DNA of 34,067 bases. It comes from Amoeboaphelidium occidentale (taxonomy: Eukaryota). The notes below the pieces were generated by a model. That model did not search any database. It was not told the origin of the DNA and was given only the letters and a program-made list of their open reading frames with translations. The stretch spans positions 1 to 34,067 of the forward strand of contig JALGPX010000129.1 of the NCBI GenBank assembly GCA_023515795.1, given 5' to 3'. Below are positions 11,701 through 21,915 of the stretch, piece after piece. The number at the start of each line of letters is the position of its first letter. Within the stretch, counting starts at the first letter, position 1. Both the position numbers and the translations under genes were made by a program.

Positions 11701-12030
11701 TCTATTCACCACAAGTAAGCGCCAGTCTTGCAACATCTGATCAACTCCGAAGGGTGCTGATGCACTTTTACTGATTTGACCCAATTCTTGCAGCTTATCA
11801 CCGGTATCATTAGAGAAGCTAGCTTGACTCGGATGTGATGTGATACCGACAGGTGCAGCACCTTCGACATTTAATTGATTCTGCACATAAGACAATGTGG
11901 CTGGTTGCTTTTCCAATATTATCGTAATAACATCTTTAACCTTTGCAGTAGATGAAACTGCGATAGATTTCGCCGAACCATCTGCAAACTGGACAGGAAT
12001 TATAATTCGATTCTGCTCAGAGGTCGACAT
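5784..12030 (-). CDS. Diaphanous-related formin (N-terminal ubiquitin/RA-like regions, GBD/FH3, coiled coil, FH1, FH2), about 2069 aa; intron 6573-6609
   Basis: Poly-proline FH1 near 7530-7750; FH2 motifs MKNLFWNKI, NIAIML and LGNLLNGGSFRGEAYGY. A 37-nt GTAAGC...TTTAG intron joins DYIN|DEMTHLE in frame with ORF 5784-6566. Confidence 0.93.
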
Positions 12031-12241
12031 TCAGTTGTTTCGAAGTGAAATTGTGGCTGAAGCGGCGCAATTTGGGAATCAGTGAAACAAGCGCAGTGAA
12101 GGCTTGTAACAGAATACTCCTGCACATTTTATTATGAGGGCTTCGCCGTATCGTCTCTGGCATCAATGGCCCTCACGAGGCTCAGAGACAGCCTGATCAC
12201 GGTTAAATAACGATACTCTATTACTTAAAGAACTAATGTAT

Positions 12242-12640
12242 CTATGCCTCGCTGAATTTGACCGATTTCTTCTGCTTCTTAAAACCAGAGCGTTCCTCTG
12301 ACTCTTTAGAAGGCTCTCCTTTCCGCTTCTTCTGCTTTATGCGCTTCTTTACCTCCATCAGCTGCTCTTTCACTTCATTCTACAAGAGTTAGCACTTCTT
12401 TCGCACTTTATAGAATAACTCACAATCTTTTTAGCTTTCAAGCCCTTTCGCTCTTTGATCTTTGATTCCCTGCTCTTTTGCCACTCGATCCGTGACTTTA
12501 CACGCTCCAAGCTCTGCTCCTGTTTTGCTTGTATGCTATCGGTTACTTCGTTTGCTATGGCTAACAAGACATCCTAAACTATTAACGCGACAATTAACTT
12601 TTCTAAACTCCACCTTCTGCTCTACGAATTTTTTAGTCAT
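12242..12640 (-). CDS. Small basic protein, LOC1-like 60S assembly factor, 104 aa; introns 12574-12613 and 12380-12423
   Basis: Spliced product MTKKFVEQK|DVLLAIANEV...KAKKI|NEVKEQL...KKQKKSVKFSEA*. Both introns are GT-AG and keep the frame. It resembles the fungal Loc1 C-terminal domain (KKF..., terminal KKxVxF). Confidence 0.62.
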
Positions 12641-12649
12641 TGCAACGAA

Positions 12650-13245
12650 ATGACCAACTCTATCAAAACATTTCCGTTTGGACCATACAATTGCCCTTCT
12701 AAAGAACTATTCTTCTCCTCATAGCACACATTTGGGGTAGTGAACTTAAAGCCAATTGTGCCAGGTACTTGCTAGATTGTTACCGTCTCTTTTATCTTTA
12801 AGGCCATGTTCTTTTGATACCTAAGCGTGTTTGTAAAAGACTGAGAGATCTTAGCGATGAAGAAGTAACAGACCTCTACTTGAGTGCAAGAGATGTTGGC
12901 AATGCTATCGAGAGGGAGTATGGCGCATCTGCTTTAACAATTTCAATGCAGGATGGCGAAGAAGCTGGTCAGACTGTGCCACATGTTCATGTTCACATTC
13001 TACCACGCAGAAAGGGCGACTTTGGCAGGAATGATGATATTTACGATGAACTGCACAGAGCTGAAATCAACTTGAAGCATCACGTGAACCAAATGTCTGA
13101 TACTGGCGCTAATGATCAAGTCTCAGGTTCAGTTCCAAAGGGTGTTGATGCAGAAGATGACAGACCACCACGCACTATGGATGATATGGAAAAGGAAGCA
13201 AAGAATCTTCGTAAATTCTTTGAGCATTTCAACACATACGAATAG
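12650..13245 (+). CDS. HNT2: FHIT/Hnt2 dinucleoside triphosphate hydrolase (HIT family); intron 12765-12802; in-frame TAG at 12722-12724
   Basis: FPFGPY...[62 protein letters not shown]. Confidence 0.88.
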
Positions 13246-13271
13246 ACTTGTATGACCCAAAAGCATTTATT

Positions 13272-14008
<737 letters not shown>

Positions 14009-14117
14009 GTCTTCTTATTGTGATCTTGAGGAAAAAAATCAGAGCGTCGCAGTAACTCCTTTTTGTGTTACAAACGGCGTAATTCAAAACGATTCTATTT
14101 GTCCTTCTTTCGATAAT

Positions 14118-15146
14118 TCATGTAGCTTTTGACTCTGCTAGTTTCTTTGCATTCTCTTCTTCTCTCTTTCTCTTGCGCTCGAGGGCTTTTCGCTTTGCTT
14201 CTGATATCGCGTCTTCGCTCGTCTTCTTGGCATATGTAACCAAGATTTCCTCTTCTTGTTTCTTCTCAGAGTCTTCCTTTTGCTTTTTTAATTCTAGAAC
14301 TTGTTTCTCAAAGTCCTTTGCAACTTTATCTCGCTCCGTTTCATCCATTTTGAGCTTTTCTTTGGCTGGTTTCACTCGAGCCTTCTCTTTGAGATTATTA
14401 AACACCACATGGGCTGTAGGCTTTCGAATGATATTCAGGCCACTCTTTAATTGATCTGTTTTAATTTCTGCTGGCTTCTGAACGTCCAAAACTTCATCTG
14501 TTCCAATTGTTGTTTCATCTTGTTGGCCCAACTCGCGTTGTTTCTTCAGCTCCTGCGCCCGCTTAATTCGTGCCTCAATTAACGCAGCCCTATCGTCCAA
14601 TAACTCTTTTTGAAATCCCAGCATGTTATCTTTCTTCTTTGCCTCCTCTTCCTCTTTGCGCTTCTCTTCTGCTTCAAGCTTTTCTAATTCTGCCTGGTGC
14701 TCTTTGAATGCAGCAGTCTCGAACTTTAGCACTTCTCCATCAGCTAGCTCCGGATTATTTATGAATTCTTCTTCCATTTCCCGTTCAGCCCTGCGTTGTT
14801 TTACTTTGGAATCCTCGAGCTTTCGCCGTATCGCTGAGGATCTCATAGAGTCCATGTATTTTGCATCTCTCAGTTTAGTCACACCTTCTCTGGCCATTCG
14901 TATTTCAAGTTCCGCGCGTTTATCGTCTTCATAAGTCAAATCGTAATCGAATATCGTTGGGTCTTCTTCTAATGCCTTCTTGACGACATCAGATACTTCC
15001 TTATCTTTGGAGCCAGAGAACACAAGTTTTGTCTCGGAATTAGTTGGCGTATCTTTTTCGTTAATGTTGTCATCCTCTTGCGCTGCTAAGACTGACGAAG
15101 GGGCCAATATCTTGGACTGTTTCTTGCCCTTCTTCAATGAGAACAT
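14118..15146 (-). CDS. NSRP1: Nuclear speckle splicing regulatory protein 1-like (CCDC55/DUF2040) coiled-coil protein
   Basis: ALEEDPTIFDYD, KYMDSM...RRKLE, KFETAAFK, and C-terminal KKTSEDAISEAKRKALERK. Confidence 0.8.
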   Translation of the reverse strand: MFSLKKGKKQSKILAPSSVLAAQEDDNINEKDTPTNSETKLVFSGSKDKEVSDVVKKALEEDPTIFDYDLTYEDDKRAELEIRMAREGVTKLRDAKYMDSMRSSAIRRKLEDSKVKQRRAEREMEEEFINNPELADGEVLKFETAAFKEHQAELEKLEAEEKRKEEEEAKKKDNMLGFQKELLDDRAALIEARIKRAQELKKQRELGQQDETTIGTDEVLDVQKPAEIKTDQLKSGLNIIRKPTAHVVFNNLKEKARVKPAKEKLKMDETERDKVAKDFEKQVLELKKQKEDSEKKQEEEILVTYAKKTSEDAISEAKRKALERKRKREEENAKKLAESKAT

Positions 15147-15327
15147 TTAACAAACGAGATTAGAATAATAAAACGATGGTATCAGTCGATATCAGACTGA
15201 ATCGCTCCAAGTCGAATGGTAATTTGTTAACAGTGTCAGGGCTTGGCTCAGTAATGCAATGATCAAAGTTGTTTCATGCGAAGGATTCAAGTCTACTGAA
15301 GCGCAAGCAATGCTGCTAATTTCCGGT

Positions 15328-15585
15328 ATGCCCTTCTTCGGTAAGCTGAAGAACACTTTAATGGGAATTCTTGTCACGATAACGTCACTCAAAATTCCCG
15401 CTCTATTTAAAGTTTAAACCTGTTCACATAAACTTTCTTTGAATCGNNNNNNNNNNNNNNNNNNNNATGCCCTTCTTCGGTAAGCTGAAGAACACTTTAA
15501 TGGGGATACTTGTCACGATAACGTCACTCAAAATTCCCGCTCTATTTAAAGTTTAAACCTGTTCACATAAACTTTCTTTGAATCG
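15328..15585. other. Assembly duplication flanking the N gap (15328-15446 repeated at 15467-15585)
   Basis: 119-bp direct repeat abutting Ns 15447-15466, with small differences (ATGGGAATTC vs ATGGGGATAC). Confidence 0.85.
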
Positions 15586-15593
15586 TCATAAAA

Positions 15594-17229
15594 ATGTCTG
15601 GCGCCACAAAGAAAGCAATCGAGATCGCAGTAGCTCAAGGCGACGGCATAGGAAAGGAAATTATGGCGGCCTGCCTGAAGGTTTTCGAGGCTGCTAAAGT
15701 TCCGCTGGTATATCATCATGTCGAAATGGGCAAGGAAGTCTACTTGAAGGGTTTATCGACTGGGATGTACGTTCTTTAATGATTCCGGGACAGCGCTAAT
15801 ACAAATATCATAGGACACCTGAAGCAAAGGAGACTGTCGAAAGGCTCGGGATACTGTTCAAAGGCCCTATGGAAACTCCTAAAGGAACCGGAGTTAAATC
15901 GATTAACGTTACGGCAAGAAAAGTCTGGAGTGTAAGTTTTGCTTTATCAAAAGGAAGTCAGTGTAATCTCCTGCTGCTTTGTAGACTTTTGCCAATAAGA
16001 GAACTTTCAAGACCATTCCGGGAGTGAACACGATTTTTGCTAAGGCCGGAATTCCAATTGATTTGACTCTGATCCGTGAGAACATCGAAGACACTTATGG
16101 AGGTATCGAGCACATGCAATCCCATGATGTCGCTCAGTGTCGTAGATTGATTACCCGCCCTGGTTGTGAACAGGTAATTTTTAACGGATTACATTTTAAC
16201 TTTTATCTTTAGGTTCACAGGTATGCATTGAAGATGGCAAGAGCCAAGGGAGCAAGACGTGTGACTTGTGCCCACAAGGCAAACATCATGAAGATTACTG
16301 ATGGTTTGTTTTTGGAAACATTTTACAAAATTGCTAAGCAGGAATTCCCTGATGTCAAGGTTGACGATGCTATTATCGATGATATGGCAATGAAGCTTGT
16401 GTCTCGTCCTGATGCTTTCGATATGATTGTTTTGCCTAACTTACAGGGTGATATTCTGTCTGACCTTTGTGCTGGTTTGGTTGGTGGTTTGGGTTTGGCG
16501 CCTTCTGCAAACATTGGTGATCACATTTCGATTTTTGAGGCTGTTCATGGTACTGCACCTGATATCGCTGGAAAGAACCTTGCTAATCCAACTGCTTTGT
16601 TGTTGTCTGGTTTGACCATGTTGCGTCACTTGGATATGAATTCTAAAGCCAAGAGGATTGAAGAAGGTTTGTTGACAACATTGAATTTGGGTTTCAGAAC
16701 AAGAGACGTCGCTTCTGCTGCAGACAAAGTTGTTTCAACATCTCAGTTCGCTGATGAAATTATTAAGAATATGCCTAATGAAGTTCCTGAACCTAAAGCA
16801 GCATCTGCTGCAAAGCCGTTTGTTCCTCCATCAGTTCCAAAGAACCATATTATGATGAAGACTCCTCGTGATATTTCCAAGGAAACTGTTGTTGGTGTTG
16901 ATATCTTTGTTGATACCTCTCTCACTCCAAATGAGTTGGCGCCATTGTTGCAAAAGAGTATCGGAAACACTCCTGTCAGTTTGATCATGTTGTCGAACAG
17001 AGGTACTCAAGTATGGCCATCAGGATCTTTGTTCACTGAATGTGTAAACCATTACCGTGCTCGATTCCAGACAAAGAACAATGCACCAATTGCTCCAAAT
17101 GAGTTGTTACAACTAGCTGCTCGTGTAAACGATGTTGCTGGAAATGTATCCGTAGCACGCGTTTGCAGCTTGGAAATGCTTCTGAAAATTGGTGATAAAT
17201 TAGGATTCACTCTTGCACAGGGTCAATAG
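15594..17229 (+). CDS. icd: Isocitrate dehydrogenase, bacterial (Thermus/Rickettsia-like) type with extra C-terminal domain; introns 15767-15813, 15932-15984, 16174-16212
   Basis: GDGIGKEI, KGPMETPKG.G.KSINVTARK, RENIEDTYGGIEH, HKANIMK, GDILSDL, FEAVHGTAPDIAGK; C-terminal VGVDIFV, MLSNRGTQVWP and GFTLAQGQ*. Confidence 0.92.
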
Positions 17230-17267
17230 AAAATGTGAACTTTCTCGTTGTTTTCTTAGTGTTGAGC

Positions 17268-17996
17268 ATGAACAGTTCGAAAAGACCATTGCTGCAGTAC
17301 CACTTCGATATCACATCCCCGTATGCGTATTTGGGTTTTGTGATATTGCAAAGGTACAATAAGAAGAACCTATGGGCCTCGCATGTCGATATTGAATTTG
17401 TCCCAATGTACCTTGCCGGAATAATGAAGGTTGTGTTTTAACGCCACTTTGACCAACTGTTCCATTAGATTTCTTCAAATGCCCCACCTGTGACAAATCC
17501 TTTAAAGGGCAAATGGCTTGTTAGAGATCTCAAGTATTCCAGCAAGATGTACAAAATCAAAATGACTGGAATACCAACCGTGGGGTTCCCAATGAACACC
17601 ATCAAAACTATGCGTCTTTTGACTGTTATCCATGACAGAGAATCTAAGCAAGTTTATGAGGAATGTATTTTGCAGCTGTTTGAAGGTTACTGGCTACAGA
17701 ATCTGAATGTATCTGATGAAACAGTTCTCAAGGAGATCATCTCAAAGGTCGTATCACAAGAAAAGGCTGAAGAATACATCAGCGGTATTAACTCTGACAC
17801 AGTTAAAGACAAATTGTTAAAAGTTACGACTGATTTAGTCGAAAAGCGCAAGGCTTTTGGTGCACCGTGGATTGTCGCAACTAAGAGCGATGGTGCAAGT
17901 GAATGCTTCTTTGGCTCTGATCGCTTTGAAACAGTCGCATTCTTCCTGGGTCTGGACTTCTACGGTAATAATCCGGACGTAAAAGCAAAAATTTGA
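17268..17996 (+). CDS. GSTK1: Glutathione S-transferase kappa / DsbA-like HCCA isomerase family; intron 17430-17468
   Basis: FDITSPYAYLG, P.YLAGIMK|ISSNAPP, AFGAPWIV, FFGSDRFE. Confidence 0.9.
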
Positions 17997-18064
17997 GTCA
18001 AGACATCTGTCTGTTAATAGATCGAGTGTCTGCTAGTTTTGTTTTCTGTGGTTAAACAAGGCGA

Positions 18065-21000
18065 ATGGCAGATTTACGAGAGGATATTCAGACGTCGTTA
18101 TTCGCCGAGCAGGAGGAGAAGATCGTTTACTGTTTAAAAGTATTTGACGATAAGAAACTACAACCGCCTTCCTCAGCCCTGCCTCCGTTGGCATCAAAGC
18201 TTCGACAAAAGACTCCCAATAACGACGGGTCCACACATAATTTGGCATCAGCAGGGAATAAGTTCGACATTAGCCGGAAAACTTCAAATGGTCCGGAGCC
18301 CTCTGCTGTAGCGGGTGCTGGAAACCCTTATGGCTCAAAGGACAAGGACAAACGAGTTCGGTATCTTTGTCTGACAATTAAGAAACAGAAGATACGCCTG
18401 CACAAAGTTAAGCAGGAGTCTTCAGGGTTCCAGATTAGTAAGACGTGGTCACTGGATGAAGTCAAGGTTATTGATAATGTTGATCCGTTTCAGTTTGTGC
18501 TGATGTTGAACAAGCAGTACATATTCCAATGTGAAGAGCCAAAAGAGAAGATACAGTTTCTGTTCATTCTGGTTCGGCTGTGTCTTAAGCATTTGAAAAA
18601 GCAGCCAAAGTTTGTCAATGCTACAGAGGAAGGGCTTGAAGCTGAACTACGAACTTACGAGAATAGGGAAAAGCTAATCACTGCTTCTGATGNNNNNNNN
18701 NNNNNNNNNNNNNTGTGTCTTAAGCATTTGAAAAAGCAGCCAAAGTTTGTTAATGCTACAGAGGAAGGGCTTGAAGCTGAACTACGAACTTACGAGAATA
18801 GGGAAAAGCTAATCACTGCTTCTGATGAGGATGATGATCATGGCGCAAATGATGCTATAGGTGGCAGGAGAGGGCTGTCTCCTTTGGAAGAAGCGTTCTT
18901 GAAGATTCAGTACGAGCAGGAAGAGCTAAATGTTTACGACGTGCTTGTTGGATACGACTGGAACGCAGGTAAAGATGCCAGTGCATTGGAAGAGCGCTTG
19001 TTGAATGAATTGACTGCTTTGGAAGCTGCTAATATCCACGCAATTATTCAAGCTGATGAGCAGAGTGTCCAAGTTGTCAATTTAATTCAAGAGACTATTG
19101 ATGAACTTGATAAAGTCAATGAATGGTTGACATTGTACTCTGTAGAGTTGCAAAGTATGGGAAGAGATATCGGAAACATTGAAAGTCAGAACAAGGGACT
19201 GCAAATACAGACGACCAACCAAAAATCTTTACAGAGAGAGCTTAAAGATTTGATGGCAGTTTTAGCATTTCCGGAAGATCTTGTGTATACCCTGCAACAT
19301 GAAGATCTATCTGACATTGATGGAATTAAAAGGCTTGAAAAGGCATGTGGTGATATCAAGGTGGCTTTGACCAGGAAAGTAGATGATTCTTTGCAACAAA
19401 TGACTGCTGTAACGGAAAGAATGTCAATGTTTGGTCAGTATGTTGCTTCGTTCTCAAGCAGACTTATCGAGTTCTTGAAAACAAAGATAAACCAAGAATC
19501 AGAAAAGCTTTTATCTCAGGAGTTTACTACTGGGACGTCGCTTTCCTCTTTACACTTGCCTATTAATGAAAATCTGGAGGATGAACTGTTGCCGTACAGA
19601 AATTTAATAGGTTGGGTAAAAGAGATGGATTCCAGAAAACATAGCGAGCTGCAAATGCATTTTGTACTCACGTTAAATAAGTGCTTCAAGAAAGATATTA
19701 AGAATTTCTTGGATGTTATTCGAGCTAATCCGCATAAGAGGTCTGATGATGAATTGGATTATTTGTTTGTGCAATACTCTAAAAGTTCCTTCTTTTCTAA
19801 TTCTTCGTTAGCTCCAGGTGTATCGGGTGGGATAAAGTCTGTTTCTATGGCTTCAATGTTGGGTCACAGGAAGGCCCTGTCGGCTGATAGTAGGGCTGGC
19901 TTGGGCGTCAGTCCTTCTGACGATGGCGGAAAGAAGAAGAAATTTAATGATTCCGCAAGTCAGCTTATAGATGCAACTGGAGATGAAAAGATCACTCCAG
20001 ATGAAGCATTTAAGAAGCTTCTGAGTAATTTGGTCGAAAATAGTATCAGAATGCAAAACTTCATTGTCGATTTCTTTCATTTAAGTGGCTGCAAACCTCC
20101 AAACACTAAGATAAGTCTTATTATGGCTGATTTATCTAAACCTCGCGATTTTCCGAAAGATCTGAAAGCTACCAAAAAGTTGGAAGAGTTGCTTTCGACT
20201 TTAATGGATAGCTTCTCTGGCGAACTATATCAATGGATGGAAGCTGCAGTGAAAATCGATCTCTCTTTTATCCTGGGTTTAATGGTTGTCCTTGAAGTGG
20301 AAAGGAAATCTTCAAATATTCAGAAAGTTCCGTTCTTGGTGAATTTGTTCAATTCAATACATGAAAAGCTTGTCTTAGCGATGGATAAGTTTGTGGACGA
20401 ACAAATTAAAACGATCGAAGAAACAAAAGTCAACTTAAAAGGAAAGAATATTCGAGTTGTATCGTTCATTAGAGTGTTTCCAGTCTTTGTAAGAAGAATG
20501 GAGGGATTCATTAAACAATATCCTGACGCAGGAGAATTAGAAGCAAGGAAGTATATGAATAATGTCTACGAACGCATGACGAAGTTGATGTTTGATAATT
20601 TAGAAAAAATCGCAAGAGAAGCTGAGAATGCTAGTGAAGACAAGGAGCAAATGTACGCACATATCTTGAGCTTGGAAAATATGCATCATCTTTATAACGA
20701 ATTAAGAGGACAGAAAGTCTCATTTTTGGATTCTCATGTGAAATATGCAAAAGAGAAATACGATGCAGATTTGAATGCTTACATTCGGTCCGTTGTTCGT
20801 AAACCTCTAGGGAAACTATTAGATTTCTTTGAAGGAATTGAAGACCTATTAAAAGCTAAAAGCCCAGAAGAGGTTGGCTTTCATTTTAATTACAATAAGG
20901 CTGCTCTGAGAAAAGTTATAGCAGCTTATCCAGGAAAAGAGATTCGGAAATCAATCGAGTCTTTAAAGAAGAGAGTTGATAAACATTACAGCGAAGAAGA

Positions 21001-21166
21001 AGGCCTTCTTCAAGTTGTTTGGCGAGGCATTCAGGAGGAGTTCATCAGGCTGCATCGACACTTTGAGTCTTTAATTCAAAAGTGCTATCCTGATACTGAT
21101 GCAAAACTTGGTTTCACTGTTGATGATCTTTGTGTATACTTTTCAGATATTGCAAAAATGAAATAG
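18065..21166 (+). CDS. SEC3: Exocyst component Sec3 (about 988 aa after removing a 135-nt assembly duplication around the N gap 18693-18713)
   Basis: N-terminal PIP2-binding PH-like region (RYLCL, RLHKVK, ISKTWSL), LEAANIHA, IESQNKGLQIQTTNQKSL, ENMHH, LKKRVDKHY, LLQVVWRGIQEEF. Confidence 0.94.
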   Translation: MADLREDIQTSLFAEQEEKIVYCLKVFDDKKLQPPSSALPPLASKLRQKTPNNDGSTHNLASAGNKFDISRKTSNGPEPSAVAGAGNPYGSKDKDKRVRYLCLTIKKQKIRLHKVKQESSGFQISKTWSLDEVKVIDNVDPFQFVLMLNKQYIFQCEEPKEKIQFLFILVRLCLKHLKKQPKFVNATEEGLEAELRTYENREKLITASDXXXXXXXXCLKHLKKQPKFVNATEEGLEAELRTYENREKLITASDEDDDHGANDAIGGRRGLSPLEEAFLKIQYEQEELNVYDVLVGYDWNAGKDASALEERLLNELTALEAANIHAIIQADEQSVQVVNLIQETIDELDKVNEWLTLYSVELQSMGRDIGNIESQNKGLQIQTTNQKSLQRELKDLMAVLAFPEDLVYTLQHEDLSDIDGIKRLEKACGDIKVALTRKVDDSLQQMTAVTERMSMFGQYVASFSSRLIEFLKTKINQESEKLLSQEFTTGTSLSSLHLPINENLEDELLPYRNLIGWVKEMDSRKHSELQMHFVLTLNKCFKKDIKNFLDVIRANPHKRSDDELDYLFVQYSKSSFFSNSSLAPGVSGGIKSVSMASMLGHRKALSADSRAGLGVSPSDDGGKKKKFNDSASQLIDATGDEKITPDEAFKKLLSNLVENSIRMQNFIVDFFHLSGCKPPNTKISLIMADLSKPRDFPKDLKATKKLEELLSTLMDSFSGELYQWMEAAVKIDLSFILGLMVVLEVERKSSNIQKVPFLVNLFNSIHEKLVLAMDKFVDEQIKTIEETKVNLKGKNIRVVSFIRVFPVFVRRMEGFIKQYPDAGELEARKYMNNVYERMTKLMFDNLEKIAREAENASEDKEQMYAHILSLENMHHLYNELRGQKVSFLDSHVKYAKEKYDADLNAYIRSVVRKPLGKLLDFFEGIEDLLKAKSPEEVGFHFNYNKAALRKVIAAYPGKEIRKSIESLKKRVDKHYSEEEGLLQVVWRGIQEEFIRLHRHFESLIQKCYPDTDAKLGFTVDDLCVYFSDIAKMK

Positions 21167-21169
21167 ATT

Positions 21170-21853
21170 TTATGAATTACTACTAGAACGCTTAACAGCC
21201 CACATTTTTACGGGAAACAAAGTCTGTGGAAAGTTTGGTTGAAGCATTTCTGCGATTACCATACCACCAGCTTTAGCAAATATGTCCAAGAATGCACTTT
21301 CAGGCCTTGTAACACTCGTATCGTCTTCATCCCAGCAATAAGAAGCATTCCGTGTTATGTTTTCCTTCACTATCAAAACACCGTCAGTCTTTTCAATGGC
21401 ATCTAAACAGTTCTTGACAAACCTCAACAGATCATCATCTTTGAGATAATTCAAAACCCACTGGGCCCACACAACTTTATATTTGTTCAATGGAGGCTGG
21501 AAAGATTCTAGACCGCACTGGAACGTTGCGCCAATGTTTGGCACGGCTTCCTTTGCTTGAGAGAGGAATGCACCGACTGGTTCAACCAAATCTACAGTTT
21601 TGAATCGCTTGCTCAATAATTCTTTTGATATTCTTCCTATGCCCGCTCCGCATTCGCATACTGCCGACTGTGCGCATTCCTCTGGCGTCAAGACTTTGTT
21701 GAGAAATTCCCCTGAAGCTTTTATGTCCGCTTTTGATAGCTCAGGCATGCCGCCCAGCATTCCATTGACAGTCGCCGGGATGTTTTCCCAATATTGCACG
21801 CTTTTGTTGTACCACTGGTCGTCCTCAAAACTGCACAGCTCTTCTCCTGTCAT
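21170..21853 (-). CDS. NTM1: Alpha N-terminal protein methyltransferase (NTM1/Tae1)
   Basis: YWENIPATVNGMLGG, ECGAGIGRISK, VDLVEP, WAQWVLNYLKD, VKEN, DTSVTR, LFPVKMWA. Confidence 0.94.
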   Translation of the reverse strand: MTGEELCSFEDDQWYNKSVQYWENIPATVNGMLGGMPELSKADIKASGEFLNKVLTPEECAQSAVCECGAGIGRISKELLSKRFKTVDLVEPVGAFLSQAKEAVPNIGATFQCGLESFQPPLNKYKVVWAQWVLNYLKDDDLLRFVKNCLDAIEKTDGVLIVKENITRNASYCWDEDDTSVTRPESAFLDIFAKAGGMVIAEMLQPNFPQTLFPVKMWAVKRSSSNS

Positions 21854-21915
21854 GCGAAAGTCGGTCTAGAAGAGATTGATGAAAACAGGACACAGAATCT
21901 CAGTCTGGACTTACA

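Noticed and set aside
12134..12200. Two small hairpins (TGAGGGC/GCCCTCA and AGGCT/AGCCT) as a possible H/ACA RNA
   Set aside because: The stems are short and no convincing H or ACA box is positioned correctly.
12722..12724. Genome-wide TAG/TAA-to-Gln reassignment, as in some aphelids and ciliates
   Set aside because: Conserved genes end at their expected C-termini with TAG (IDH, SEC3, HNT2) or TAA (RPS7, RPL22), and long ORFs have no internal TAR codons.
15255..15300. ATGATCA...CTGA as a possible C/D snoRNA
   Set aside because: Box C is imperfect, there is no clear terminal stem, and I recognised no rRNA guide.
18579..18827. Internal 45-aa duplication in Sec3
   Set aside because: The repeat directly flanks an N gap and differs by one synonymous SNP, so it is an assembly artefact.
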